Both the position numbers and the translations under genes were made by a program. The notes under the pieces were generated by a model. It worked only from the letters and a program-made list of their open reading frames with translations, searched no databases and was not told the DNA's origin. Shown in pieces: positions 33,647 through 43,330 of a stretch of 64,000 nt of DNA. The stretch comes from a virus, in IMG/VR virus record IMGVR_UViG_3300050821_017216, positions 32,001-96,000 of that record, one strand, 5' to 3'. The first letter of the stretch is position 1. Every line of letters starts with the position of its first letter.

Positions 33647-35122
33647 TTGCCTGGCAGCCTGCGCGACCTCCACGGCGCGGCGTTCGTCGAGGCGGCCAGC
33701 GAGGCGCTCGCGCACGACGACTTCACCGGTACGCTGCTCGGGGACCCGAAGTGGGTCGAGATGCGCGGGCGCTGGGTCCGGCTCGGCTGGCACGACACCA
33801 CCGACGCGACGTTCAACGACGCGTTCGTCCGGGCCGTCGTCGAGCGCGTGGCCACGATCCACGACGCGCGCGGCGAGGATGCCGTGCAGAGCGGCCTCAC
33901 CATCCAGGACACGGTGCTCGACGATCAGCTCGAGAGGGTCCGCCCGGAGATGCGCGAGCATATGATCCGGGCGTTCAAGGAGCGCCTGGACCGCGAGTAC
34001 GCGGCGCTGCCGGTGAACCGTGACGTCACCGTCACGCTCGACGGCGAGGACGCGCGCCAGCTACGCAGGGTCGCGGACCGCTGGGGCACGACACCAAGCG
34101 GCGCGGCGGAGCGGATCGCCCATGAAGCGTTGGTCCACGAGGCGACCCGACTCACCGCCGAGGACGCGCGACGGTCGGCCGCGCTGGACGTCGTTGGCGA
34201 TTTCCTCCAGGCCACGGACACGCCAAACCAGCCCACCGCCTACTCCGATCACGACCTCATGCGACGCGGTCGGATCGTCTGGGAGGCGTCCTACGCGGAC
34301 GGGATGACCGACGAGGGGCTGCGCGACGCGATCGGGCGGTTGAACGTGGGCTCCCCGTATCCCGACGACATCGTCCTCTTCTCCGCGAAGTGGGCGGTGC
34401 ACGCCTTCCAGCGGCTGATGACGAGCCACACGTTCGCGGCCGCGCTCATGTGCTCGGACGTCCAGCGCGAGGTTCTGGCGGGCATCGAGGAGCAGTGGGA
34501 CGCGTTCCTCGTGATCGTGCCGAACGGGATGCTCATCGCGGGGGAGCTCGAGTTCTCGCGCGTCCTGGTCGCGACCTACTCGTTCGGTGCCAGGATGATC
34601 CTGCTGACGACGGGCGGCCCCAACCTGAACCTGCGGGTGGGCCTCGCGGGGTGCGTCACCGACGAGGCCCCGACGCTGGCTGACTTGCTCGTCAGCGACG
34701 GCACCGACCTCCACGAGGACGCCGTCACCCGGCGGTGCCTCATCATGGCCAAGCGCCTGGTGGCGGGGCTCCTGCTCAACCTGCAGGACGCCGGCACGCA
34801 CAAGATCCGCAAGGTGGAGGCGCGCTCGAAGGGTAAGGGGCGCGAGGCGGCGCCCGAGCACCGCATCGTGACCGTCGGCGCGCCGATCGAGATCGACTGC
34901 CGCGACGCGGTCAAGGAGTACATCGAGCGCGGCACGCGGAGCTCTGAGAAGACAGGGCGGCAGCACCGCGGCGCGCCGACGGTGCAGTGGATGGTCCGCG
35001 GACACTACCGCATGCAGGCCTGCGGACCGCAGCACACGCTGCGTCGAAAGACGTGGATAAGGCCGTTTTGGAAGGGGAACGAGGCCGCCCTCATCCAGAC
35101 GCGAGCGAGGATGCATACATGA
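33647..35122 (+). CDS. Hypothetical phage protein with C-terminal VRGH.R.Q.CGP...WI.PFWKG motif
   Basis: Long ORF with GC3 bias; only a TTG start, and the frame is open upstream to about 33545. Confidence 0.7.
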   Translation: MPGSLRDLHGAAFVEAASEALAHDDFTGTLLGDPKWVEMRGRWVRLGWHDTTDATFNDAFVRAVVERVATIHDARGEDAVQSGLTIQDTVLDDQLERVRPEMREHMIRAFKERLDREYAALPVNRDVTVTLDGEDARQLRRVADRWGTTPSGAAERIAHEALVHEATRLTAEDARRSAALDVVGDFLQATDTPNQPTAYSDHDLMRRGRIVWEASYADGMTDEGLRDAIGRLNVGSPYPDDIVLFSAKWAVHAFQRLMTSHTFAAALMCSDVQREVLAGIEEQWDAFLVIVPNGMLIAGELEFSRVLVATYSFGARMILLTTGGPNLNLRVGLAGCVTDEAPTLADLLVSDGTDLHEDAVTRRCLIMAKRLVAGLLLNLQDAGTHKIRKVEARSKGKGREAAPEHRIVTVGAPIEIDCRDAVKEYIERGTRSSEKTGRQHRGAPTVQWMVRGHYRMQACGPQHTLRRKTWIRPFWKGNEAALIQTRARMHT

Positions 35123-35572
35123 CTGACGAAGACAACACACGCGCGGCGGGCGGCCGCGCGCGCGCCGAGCCGACGATGGGACGAAACGTCGCAGAGTGCG
35201 AGCGGTTCGCCGAGCAGAATGGGTTCACCGGGGCCGTCGCCGGGCACTTCCCCGACCTGCCCTTCCCGCCGCCACCCACGTTCCTGCCGGAGCCGTCGGT
35301 GACGCTACCGCCTCGGCACACTCGGTCCGCTCCGATCCCGCGGACGATCGTCGATCGGGTGAAGCTGTTCAACCGCAACAATGGAGACAGATCCGATGAG
35401 TGACGAGGTGACCAAGATGGAAGACCGCGACCTTCAGCGCGTCGCGCGCATGGAGCTATGCGCGGTCGGTGTGGCGTATCTGGCGACCGAAGATAGAGAC
35501 CCAGAGATCGCCGAGCAGATCGTGCGGGCGATGATCGAGTACCTCGACGGCGAAGAGAGGGTGGGCCTCTGA
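35119..35572 (+). CDS. Two small hypothetical ORFs (35119-35403, 35396-35572)
   Basis: Overlapping junctions. Confidence 0.5.
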
Positions 35573-36303
35573 TGCGGGACCGCAAGCCGATCGCGGTCGA
35601 CAAGGTGCGCTCGGGCGGCGTCGACGTCGAGGTGTTCTACGACTTCCGCGAACACACCTTCTTCTTCGAGGCGCCCGGCACGCGCAGTCGCGAGCACGCA
35701 TCAACTTTCACCGAGGTGTGTCGCCTGCTCGATCAGGTCTACGAGGAGGCAGAGCCGCTGGACTGGAGGCCGGTCATCCTCGTCACGCTCCACGAGAAGT
35801 ACGACGACCACGACCACTCGATCCGAACCAAGATCGTCGAGGGCGCGTCGGTGCATCTCGAGTTCCGCCGCTGCGAGCTGTCGCCGCGACCCGACCGCGC
35901 CGAGGTGGTAGAGCGCATCGCACGCGAACGGGAGCGGGAAGGTCGGAAAGGTAGGGGCGGTAGAGATGACGGTCCGATCGAGCGCGAGGGGTACCTCGAG
36001 CGCGAGCACGCGGTCGACTTCGAGGCGGGCGAGCCCAACGACTACGACCGCGAGAGGCGGGCGAAGACGCTCGACCGACCGGAAAACTACTCGAACAGGA
36101 GCGGCGTCGTGGAGCTCCCGTACGACGAGGAGACGTGGCGCGGCCTCTGCTCGCTCAAGCGCGCGATCGACGAGCTGCACGCGAGGGTCGAGGCGCTTAT
36201 CGGGCGGGTCGACTTCCGCAACCAGCTGCGGCGCTTCGCGCTGGGCGCGAGTACCCCGTTGCTTTCCGCCCCGCACAACGCGGCGATTGGAGACGAGTCG
36301 TGA
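35572..36303 (+). CDS. Hypothetical protein
   Basis: TGATG coupling, 243 aa. Confidence 0.7.
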   Translation: MRDRKPIAVDKVRSGGVDVEVFYDFREHTFFFEAPGTRSREHASTFTEVCRLLDQVYEEAEPLDWRPVILVTLHEKYDDHDHSIRTKIVEGASVHLEFRRCELSPRPDRAEVVERIAREREREGRKGRGGRDDGPIEREGYLEREHAVDFEAGEPNDYDRERRAKTLDRPENYSNRSGVVELPYDEETWRGLCSLKRAIDELHARVEALIGRVDFRNQLRRFALGASTPLLSAPHNAAIGDES

Positions 36304-36524
36304 CCGACATCTCCATCCAGTGGCAGGGCACGCACGTCTGCGGCGACTTCCACTGCGAGTGCGGGGCGTACGCGCACGTCTGCGGGGCCACCGGCATGTT
36401 CAGTATTCGGTGCCACAGGTGCGGGGTCGTCTGGAGCGTGCCGACCACGCTGAAGCTGGAGCGGTCGCCGAACGCGGACGGGGACGTCGACACGAGCACG
36501 TACGAGGCCGATAGGGAACCATGA
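36300..36524 (+). CDS. Zn-ribbon protein
   Basis: C.DFHCECG...H...C.RCG. Confidence 0.6.
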   Translation: MTDISIQWQGTHVCGDFHCECGAYAHVCGATGMFSIRCHRCGVVWSVPTTLKLERSPNADGDVDTSTYEADREP

Positions 36525-36988
36525 ACATCTATCTGTCGGACTTCCGCGAGCGCCTGGCGCAGTACGCGGCCACGAACGTGGAGTGCGCACGATTCCAGCT
36601 CGATGGAGATATCAGATGATGGATCCAAAGGTCTTCGGACCCAACCTCAACCGGCTCATGGACGGAGAGGTCGATGACGCGTTCTGGCTATCGCACGTCG
36701 GCGACCTGTCGCAGTGCCAGCTCGGCGCGTTCTACGTCGCGATGCGGCTCGGCGAGCGGGAGCGCGGCGAGAAGCGCGCGCGCAGCGCTGCGCTCGACCA
36801 GGTGCTCGCGACGCTCGGTGTGCCGCGGTCGTGGATGGCGAGGGGGCGATGAGGTTCGCGGCGTGGCTGGACCAGGTGCTCGGACCGCCGTTGAGCGGGC
36901 TCGCGATGCTCGCGCTGGTGGGCGCCCTGTCGGGGTTCTCCGCGTACGTGGCCCACAAGACTCTCGGCTACATCTTCCGGGACAGGCC

Positions 36989-37222
36989 ATGAAGCGAGTG
37001 AACGACGTTGAGCTGTTCGTCGTGTACGACCACCCGAGGGACTACCCTGGCCACTTCATCGTGCGCCGGTGGGTCGTGCGCCCGTGGGGCGTCGCCGACC
37101 CGACGGACGACTTCGCGTTCGCCGACACGCTGGAGGCGGTGCGCGAGGAGGTGCCACGAGGGCTCCACCGAGTACCGAGGCAACCCGGCGAGGACCCAGC
37201 TATCGTGGAGACGTGGCTTTGA
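36989..37222 (+). CDS. Conserved hypothetical protein
   Basis: VVYDHP.DYP..F.VRRW...P...DP.IVETWL. Confidence 0.65.
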   Translation: MKRVNDVELFVVYDHPRDYPGHFIVRRWVVRPWGVADPTDDFAFADTLEAVREEVPRGLHRVPRQPGEDPAIVETWL

Positions 37223-37647
37223 CCCAGCGAGACGCCGACCTGGAGCTCCTGAACGAGCTCCTCAACAAGCACGCCGACGAGCTGACCGACGTCGAGGTCG
37301 AGAAGTTCGCGAGCATGCGGTTCGACCTCACCGCGGGCCTGCGCGGCGAGCGCTTCCAGCAGCTCACCGACGCGCAGCGCGACTGGGCGACGGCGGTCCG
37401 CGAGCGGGTCGCCCCGACCTACGCGAACCTCGTCAGCCGTGGGCTCGTCCCGAAGGGGACGCCCACGACCGAGTCGCGGGCGCTCGACGCGATGCTGTCT
37501 GGCCCGAAGCTCCGGCCGCCCCCGATCCCGAGACCGTCCAGCACCGCGCCGCCGCGGGCGAGCAAGCGGCACTGCGGGCGCGCGGACGAGGGGTGCTACG
37601 CGTTCGTCAACGGGGACTGCTCGTGCGAGTGCTGCACGAGTGGATGA
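37219..37647 (+). CDS. Hypothetical protein
   Basis: TTGA overlap; LTD.Q..W...V motif. Confidence 0.6.
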   Translation: MTQRDADLELLNELLNKHADELTDVEVEKFASMRFDLTAGLRGERFQQLTDAQRDWATAVRERVAPTYANLVSRGLVPKGTPTTESRALDAMLSGPKLRPPPIPRPSSTAPPRASKRHCGRADEGCYAFVNGDCSCECCTSG

Positions 37648-37653
37648 AGGGGC

Positions 37654-37681
37654 TTGCCGTCAAGTTTTACGCGCGTACAAT
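37654..37681 (+). promoter_or_regulatory. Sigma70-like promoter, leaderless transcript
   Basis: TTGCCG-16-TACAAT, then 7 nt to the ATG at 37689. Confidence 0.7.
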
Positions 37682-37688
37682 GTTGGCC

Positions 37689-37970
37689 ATGACCATCGAG
37701 CGGCACATCACCAAGGTCGGCAACAGCCTCGGTATCCTCATCCCTAGGGACATCGTGGAAGCGATGGGTGTAGAGAGCGGCACGCCTGTCCGGTTGTCGC
37801 TCGTGGGTCGTCAGCTCGTCATCGAACCGACTGACGCTATGATGAGCGAGCAGGTATTTCAGCGCGCCTTCGCTGCCGTGCTGCGACGCGAGGCCCCCGT
37901 GTTCCAGGGGCTTGCGGACTACGACGCGGGGCGTACGGCGAAGGAACCCACCCGAGCGCGCCGGCGATGA
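37689..37970 (+). CDS. AbrB/MazE/SpoVT-family antitoxin
   Basis: ITKVGNSLGILIPRDI...G...G..V.L......LVIEP. Confidence 0.85.
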   Translation: MTIERHITKVGNSLGILIPRDIVEAMGVESGTPVRLSLVGRQLVIEPTDAMMSEQVFQRAFAAVLRREAPVFQGLADYDAGRTAKEPTRARRR

Positions 37971-38359
37971 TCTTCCTGTCCGCGGACTACGTGGTCCGCA
38001 TGCACGAGGCGCTGCTGGAGAAGTGGGGCGGCGAGGAGGGCGGCGGCCACCGCGGCCGCCAATACGAGGGCGTCGAGGCAGCCGTGCAGGCTGTCCACAA
38101 CTCGTACTACGAGTCGGTGCCGGAGTTGGCCGCCGCCTATGCCGTCTACATCGTTCAGGGGCACGTCTTCATGGACGGCAACAAACGGAGCGGGTGGGCC
38201 GCGCTTTCCACGTTCCTGGAGGCCAACGGAGGCAGTTGCGTCGCTTCGGTGGAGCATCGGCTGCGAGCGATGATCGAACTGCAGTCACGGGCAGAGAGTG
38301 GGCAGCGGACAGACACGCTTATCGCCTGGCTCGTGCAGACTCTCGACCTGCGAGGCTAG
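37967..38359 (+). CDS. doc: Doc/Fic family toxin
   Basis: GHVFMDGNKRSG Fic motif; ATGA coupled to the antitoxin. Confidence 0.9.
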   Translation: MIFLSADYVVRMHEALLEKWGGEEGGGHRGRQYEGVEAAVQAVHNSYYESVPELAAAYAVYIVQGHVFMDGNKRSGWAALSTFLEANGGSCVASVEHRLRAMIELQSRAESGQRTDTLIAWLVQTLDLRG

Positions 38360-38361
38360 CC

Positions 38362-38571
38362 ATGGTGTACACGGTCATCTCTTGGAAGGAAGACGGGATC
38401 TGGTCAGCGATGAGCCCATCCGTATCCGGCGTGTTCGGTCTCGGTCGAACGCAGGCGCACGCGGAGCGGGACTTCGTGGACGCCCTCCATACGTTGTTGG
38501 GTTACTTGGGTGAGATCGGCGAGCCGGCACCACGACCGAAGAACATCATTACGTCCACAGTACGTGTCTGA
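38362..38571 (+). CDS. HicB-like antitoxin domain
   Basis: YTVI.W.EDG.W....P...G....G.T...A......AL. Confidence 0.7.
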   Translation: MVYTVISWKEDGIWSAMSPSVSGVFGLGRTQAHAERDFVDALHTLLGYLGEIGEPAPRPKNIITSTVRV

Positions 38572-38684
38572 TGCCCAAGACCTGGTTGAAGCAGCAGGCC
38601 ACGAAGCGCGGGTGCTTCATGGGGGGCCTCGTCGAGGAGTTCGTCATCCGTTCGCTAGCCGGACGCGCACCGTGGCGACCGTAA
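38571..38684 (+). CDS. Tiny RHH-like ORF coupled to the HicB-like gene
   Basis: TGATG overlap; MPKTWLKQQATKRGCFMGGLVEEFVIRSL. Confidence 0.4.
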   Translation: MPKTWLKQQATKRGCFMGGLVEEFVIRSLAGRAPWRP

Positions 38685-38690
38685 GCGCGC

Positions 38691-38957
38691 TTAGCCGTGC
38701 CCGATGTTGATGATCCCCTGCACGGCCCCCTCGATGGGGATGACGAGGTTCGCGACGTCGGCGCTGGCCCTCAAGATGTTTAGGAAGACCGTCCACGCGT
38801 CGGGTCCAGGCACTACCTTGGCGTCGGACCACGACTTGACGACGACCGCGATCTCGTCGTCCGGCATCGCGCCGGACAGCATGCGCTCGAGCTGGACGAC
38901 GGGGATGCCTGGGAACGCGTCCAGCACCTGGGCGGCGACGGCGGCGCGATCCGTCAC
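38691..38957 (-). CDS. Hypothetical protein
   Basis: GTG start overlapping the upstream stop. Confidence 0.55.
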   Translation of the reverse strand: MTDRAAVAAQVLDAFPGIPVVQLERMLSGAMPDDEIAVVVKSWSDAKVVPGPDAWTVFLNILRASADVANLVIPIEGAVQGIINIGHG

Positions 38958-39187
38958 TGGCACGGCGTCCCGGAGTCGAACGGCTCGAGCTTCTGGTCGC
39001 GGATGACGGCCTGCAAGGACGCCTGGGTGGCGCAGACGAGGATGGCGGCGTTGCTGTCCGCGTCGAGGTACTTGTACGCCATCGCGCTCGAGTGCGCGGC
39101 GTTCTCGATGTTGTGGACGTCCGCGTCGGGGAGGCCGCGCGAGCAGCTGACCGCCGAGAGCGCGGCGATGACGAGTAGGGCCCTCAT
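38954..39187 (-). CDS. Small lipoprotein
   Basis: MRALLVIAALSAVSC lipobox-like. Confidence 0.6.
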   Translation of the reverse strand: MRALLVIAALSAVSCSRGLPDADVHNIENAAHSSAMAYKYLDADSNAAILVCATQASLQAVIRDQKLEPFDSGTPCQ

Positions 39188-40923
39188 CGACCACCCCTCC
39201 CTCGACTCGGGATCCTCGGTCTCAAGCGCTCGCGCGCGCCGCGCGCCGCCGAGAACTTGACGACGCCGCCCGCGCGATCCGCCTTCTTCTTCGCCTCGCC
39301 GTAGTCCTTGGTCGGGGGCGACAGGGGACGTCCGCGGGTGTCGACGGGGACGTAGTCGCGGACGCGGTGGGCCTCGTGTGCGGCCGACTGGCGACCGACT
39401 TTGAACTTGACGACGCCGCCGGCCTTGTCAGCCTGCCGCTTCGCCTTCTCGTAGTCCTTGGTCGGCGGGGAGAGCGGGCGGCCGCGGGAGTCGACGGGGA
39501 CGTAGTCGCGGACGACCGATCGGGCGCTGCGTGGCTCGGCGGCGCGCGGTCGCGGCAGCGGCAACTTCTGCCCGCGTCGACTCGCTTTCGCCATGCTGTC
39601 CAGCGCGTACGACGCGACGAGCGCGTCGCGGTCGGACCAGTACACGCTCGCTCGACTGCCGTCCGGCAGCGTCACGAAGTAGGAGCGACCGACCCGCTCG
39701 ACGCTGGATCCGGGCTTGATGTCGCGCCAGAGAACGCTCTTCTCTGGTGAGTCCCCGTCGCGCACGAGCTCGCTCTTGCGCACCCCGCGCACGTCCTCAT
39801 TGATCTCGAGGATCAGGTCGGTCAGCCACTGCCGCACCGCGGGCTTCTCTAGCTCCGCGTCGAAGGCCGCGAAGAACGCGTCGGTCACGTCCTTGACGGT
39901 GATGCCGTACGTGTCGCGCACCCAGTCCTCACTGCCCAGACCAAACACGCCGGTCGCCCCGCTGAGCTCGAGGATCTCGCGCTGGTCCATCTGCCGCTTG
40001 GTGTCCCACTCGAGCTGCTGGAGCATGTTCCGGGCGGCCCGCTTCGCGCCGTCCGGCGTGTCGGACGGGAAGACGCTGTCCGGGTCGGAGGCGCGCATCC
40101 GCTCGGCCTCGGCGACCTGTTCGCTGACCCAGTCGCGGAAGTGGTCGCCCCCGACCTGCTCGTTGGCGTAGTCGGCGCCGGCCTTGTCGGCGGCCTCGAT
40201 GATCTGCTCCCCTTCCTGCTTCGGGGAGGGCTCGCGGCGGGACTTCGGGGTCTTGCGGGGCATCGGTGTCTCCTCTTTGAGAGAGTCTCTGGTACGAGCC
40301 GCGTCTTTCGCGTCTGCGGCTGTTGGGTAGCGACCAATCTTCTTGGTCTGCAGGCCTGTCTTCGGGTCGACGGACCATAGGATCCAGTCGCCGTCGGCGG
40401 ACGGGTCGATCAGGAAACGACCCGCCCCGTCGACCAGACCGACGAAACTGTCTCGTTGGCGGTGCCACTCGAGTCCTGATCCTGCGCCGGGAACGTGCGG
40501 GGCCCGACGTCGCGCTTCCTGCGCTGAGTGCGTGAAGCGCGGGGGCACCGCATCGACGACCCTCGCCAGGTACGCGGCTAGATAACGTGCCACGACCTCG
40601 GGCGACCCGCTCTTCGCGCGGAACGGGACGCCTGGCGCGCCGAGCCACGGGCGGTGGAACACGCTGGCGGCCTGCTCGACCTTGACCGTCGCGGCGGGGA
40701 CGGTCGGGTCGTGCGCGAAGCCGCGGACCCAGAACGACGCGCGGTTGTTCTCGGCCTCGGCGCCGCCACCCGAGCTCCCGACGTCGGGCGGGAGGTTGAC
40801 GAAGTTCACATACACGCTGCCGCCACCGCGCTCACCGCCGAGGCTCGGCTGGAATCTGACGCTCGTCTGCCGGAAGGCGGGCGCCAGCGACGAGAGGAAC
40901 GCGACGAACTCGTTGGCGTTCAT
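39184..40923 (-). CDS. Multi-module hypothetical protein (polyvalent-protein-like)
   Basis: Distinct domains joined by charged linkers; internal RBS+ATG (MPRKTP); C-terminal tandem duplication. Confidence 0.7.
   Translation of the reverse strand: MNANEFVAFLSSLAPAFRQTSVRFQPSLGGERGGGSVYVNFVNLPPDVGSSGGGAEAENNRASFWVRGFAHDPTVPAATVKVEQAASVFHRPWLGAPGVPFRAKSGSPEVVARYLAAYLARVVDAVPPRFTHSAQEARRRAPHVPGAGSGLEWHRQRDSFVGLVDGAGRFLIDPSADGDWILWSVDPKTGLQTKKIGRYPTAADAKDAARTRDSLKEETPMPRKTPKSRREPSPKQEGEQIIEAADKAGADYANEQVGGDHFRDWVSEQVAEAERMRASDPDSVFPSDTPDGAKRAARNMLQQLEWDTKRQMDQREILELSGATGVFGLGSEDWVRDTYGITVKDVTDAFFAAFDAELEKPAVRQWLTDLILEINEDVRGVRKSELVRDGDSPEKSVLWRDIKPGSSVERVGRSYFVTLPDGSRASVYWSDRDALVASYALDSMAKASRRGQKLPLPRPRAAEPRSARSVVRDYVPVDSRGRPLSPPTKDYEKAKRQADKAGGVVKFKVGRQSAAHEAHRVRDYVPVDTRGRPLSPPTKDYGEAKKKADRAGGVVKFSAARGARERLRPRIPSRGRGGR
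39258..39516 (-). repeat. 150-bp-period tandem duplication (VRDYVPVD.RGRPLSPPTKDY..AK..AD.AGGVVKF x2)
   Basis: GTAGTCCTTGGTCGG at 39301 and 39451. Confidence 0.85.
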
Positions 40924-42770
40924 GTTTTTGGATGACGCCCAGATCGTCCAGGCAGAGCAGGACGCTCACGCCTCGAACGCAACCAATCCTCACCGGCATC
41001 TCTGGCGGCACCTTCGCTTTCGAACGGACCACCGATCTCTCGGTCGTATTCCCAGTACCACCCAGCAGTAATAGCTCTGTCGCCACGGGTATAAGAGACC
41101 TGGATCGATTTTGACGACTCGCTCACCTTACTCCCCCAGCTCGCGCCCGCCTTGCGGATCTCGAGTCGGTAGCGCCGCACGAGGTCGGCGCCCTTGTCGG
41201 TGAGCGCGTAGTAGTCGCCACCGGGTGATGTTCCTGGCGTCGCGCGCATGAGCACGACGTAGCCGCCGTCGCGGAGCTCCGCGTACGCCCGGTCGTAGAC
41301 GACCGATTTCCCCGGTCGGATCCTCGCGAGGCCGCCGACGCCTCCGATGAGCACCTCGAGCATGGTGGGCGTGATGCCGTCACGGGCGAGGTTCGGGGGG
41401 ACCCAGGTCTCGCGGAGCGAGCGCGTTTCGTGTGTCTCGGTGCGGACGCGGTAGCCTCTGGCAGCCCCGGTCACACCGATGACCGTGTGCCCGTCACGCT
41501 CCGCAATCGCTTTCGCCTTAGCGACGGCCCCTTCCCTATCACCAGAGAGCGCCTGCACGCGGTACTGGATCTCGTGGCGGAGGTTCGGTCGTTCTGGAGA
41601 TGTCACCTGGAGCGAGATCTGCCACACGTACAAGTTCTGTTGGCGCGCCTCATCCACTTCGCCACCTTCACCCTCCTGCCAGCTCGCCGCGTACCCGTCG
41701 ACAGTCTCCCAGACCCACCTGACGTCCTTGACCATCTCCGTGACGTCGGCGGTCTTATACGTGAAGCTCGAGATGTTCTCGTACTGGGCGGTGCTCGACA
41801 GGTGTTCGTCGGAGAAGATCAAGATCGCTGTCGACCCGTCCGTGAACACGGAGACGACGACGACCACCTTCTGCCCGTACTCGGGGCTGTAGGTCGTGAA
41901 CTGCGCCGACTCGTTCTTGTCGGTCCAGCGGTAGCCGCCGGGGACGACCCGCGGCTCGGAGCCGCCTAGCTGCTGCGCGAGCTCGCCGGCGAGCTCGAGG
42001 GCGCTCTCCGGCGTCATCTCCGCGCGGCGGCGGCGCTTCGCCTCGACCGCTCGTTGACCCGTCTTCGTGAGGTACGCCTCGATCGGCTCGGCACCACCAG
42101 GCAGCCCGCCGGTGAGCGGGCTGCGCGCGGACGGTGCGACGGAGTGCCAGTAGCCTCCCTGGTGCCACACCTTTCCGGCCTCGTACTGCGGCTCGCCGCT
42201 CGGCCAGTACCGGCCCGTCGGATAGAAGAGCGACGCCTTCTTGCCGAGGACTACGACGTGCGTGGCCCCGTCCTGCTGCCCCGCGTGCTCGACGAGCTCG
42301 GGGAGCGTGCCGAAGTCGCGGACGACGTGGCGCGCACGACGCGCCTCGCTGGCGACGGGCTTCGGTTTGCGGTGCTCGCGGTACCACTCCGCCGGCGGTC
42401 CGTAGATGACGCCGTCGTCGACCTGCAGGTCGAACGAACCGTACGACTGGGCGGACTCCTGCAGCGGATCCTGGAACTCCTCGTCGATGCTGTCCTCGTC
42501 AAAGAATCCACTTCCGTGACCTTCGCGACTCAACCAGAAGCAATGTCCGGCACGATCGTCGTCGATCCCACTGTCGGACAGCAGGTCGGCGTAGCGCTCC
42601 TGGAAGTCGGCGCAGTCCTCGACGATGAGCTCCATCGTCTCGGGCGCGATGTCGTCGGCTGAGTAGTTCTTGTCGAGCGGCTCGCCGCCCTGCTCGTCGG
42701 CGTTGTCCGTGGAGGACCAGAGCATCGCCTCGATGTACGCGAGCGTGAACGCGTCTAGCTTGCGGGGCAT
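40920..42770 (-). CDS. Multi-module hypothetical protein
   Basis: Start MPRKLDAF; N-terminal acidic AGH.FWL.R.GHG.GF.D domain common in phages; EARR-type linkers. Confidence 0.7.
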   Translation of the reverse strand: MPRKLDAFTLAYIEAMLWSSTDNADEQGGEPLDKNYSADDIAPETMELIVEDCADFQERYADLLSDSGIDDDRAGHCFWLSREGHGSGFFDEDSIDEEFQDPLQESAQSYGSFDLQVDDGVIYGPPAEWYREHRKPKPVASEARRARHVVRDFGTLPELVEHAGQQDGATHVVVLGKKASLFYPTGRYWPSGEPQYEAGKVWHQGGYWHSVAPSARSPLTGGLPGGAEPIEAYLTKTGQRAVEAKRRRRAEMTPESALELAGELAQQLGGSEPRVVPGGYRWTDKNESAQFTTYSPEYGQKVVVVVSVFTDGSTAILIFSDEHLSSTAQYENISSFTYKTADVTEMVKDVRWVWETVDGYAASWQEGEGGEVDEARQQNLYVWQISLQVTSPERPNLRHEIQYRVQALSGDREGAVAKAKAIAERDGHTVIGVTGAARGYRVRTETHETRSLRETWVPPNLARDGITPTMLEVLIGGVGGLARIRPGKSVVYDRAYAELRDGGYVVLMRATPGTSPGGDYYALTDKGADLVRRYRLEIRKAGASWGSKVSESSKSIQVSYTRGDRAITAGWYWEYDREIGGPFESEGAARDAGEDWLRSRRERPALPGRSGRHPKT

Positions 42771-43330
42771 CAGCGTCCCCGCGGCGGCCGGCGCGCGGCC
42801 AGTCCATTGCGACCCGGGCGCGAGAACGGGTTCTTTGCCTCGCGGGTCGAGTGACGGGACTCCTGGAAGTGGGCGGTCACCCTGTCCGCGCTCACTTTGT
42901 TCCTGGCGACGTACTGCTCGATGGCCTGCTTGACCGTGCGCGCCCACGTCGTCGTGGCGACGTACTGACCGTCGACGTAGATGTCGATCTTCGGGTAGTC
43001 CCGCTTGTCGCCGTACGGCGGATGGTTGCGTCGGCGCGCCTCGTCGACCTCTCCCTCCTCCCCGTCAGCGAGTAGTCCCGCGACGAGGTCCTCGACGTCG
43101 CGCTTGTCCTGGATGGCGGCGAGCACGTTCCCAAGCTGTTCGGCCTCCTGCCACCCGAGCTGGAACGTCTCGTAGCCCATGTCCTCCGCCTGCTCTCCGC
43201 CGGGGAGGCTGGCGAGGATGCGCCAGAGCAGCGTGGGGTAGTCGGTCGGGCCGTGGTCGTAGTTCGGGAGCCAGGACTTGAGCTCCTCGATCATGTCGGC
43301 GATCGGTTTGCGGGGCTTGCTGGGCATCAC
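42770..43330 (-). CDS. Two-module hypothetical protein
   Basis: GEEGEVDEARRRN linker. Confidence 0.7.
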   Translation of the reverse strand: MMPSKPRKPIADMIEELKSWLPNYDHGPTDYPTLLWRILASLPGGEQAEDMGYETFQLGWQEAEQLGNVLAAIQDKRDVEDLVAGLLADGEEGEVDEARRRNHPPYGDKRDYPKIDIYVDGQYVATTTWARTVKQAIEQYVARNKVSADRVTAHFQESRHSTREAKNPFSRPGRNGLAARRPPRGR

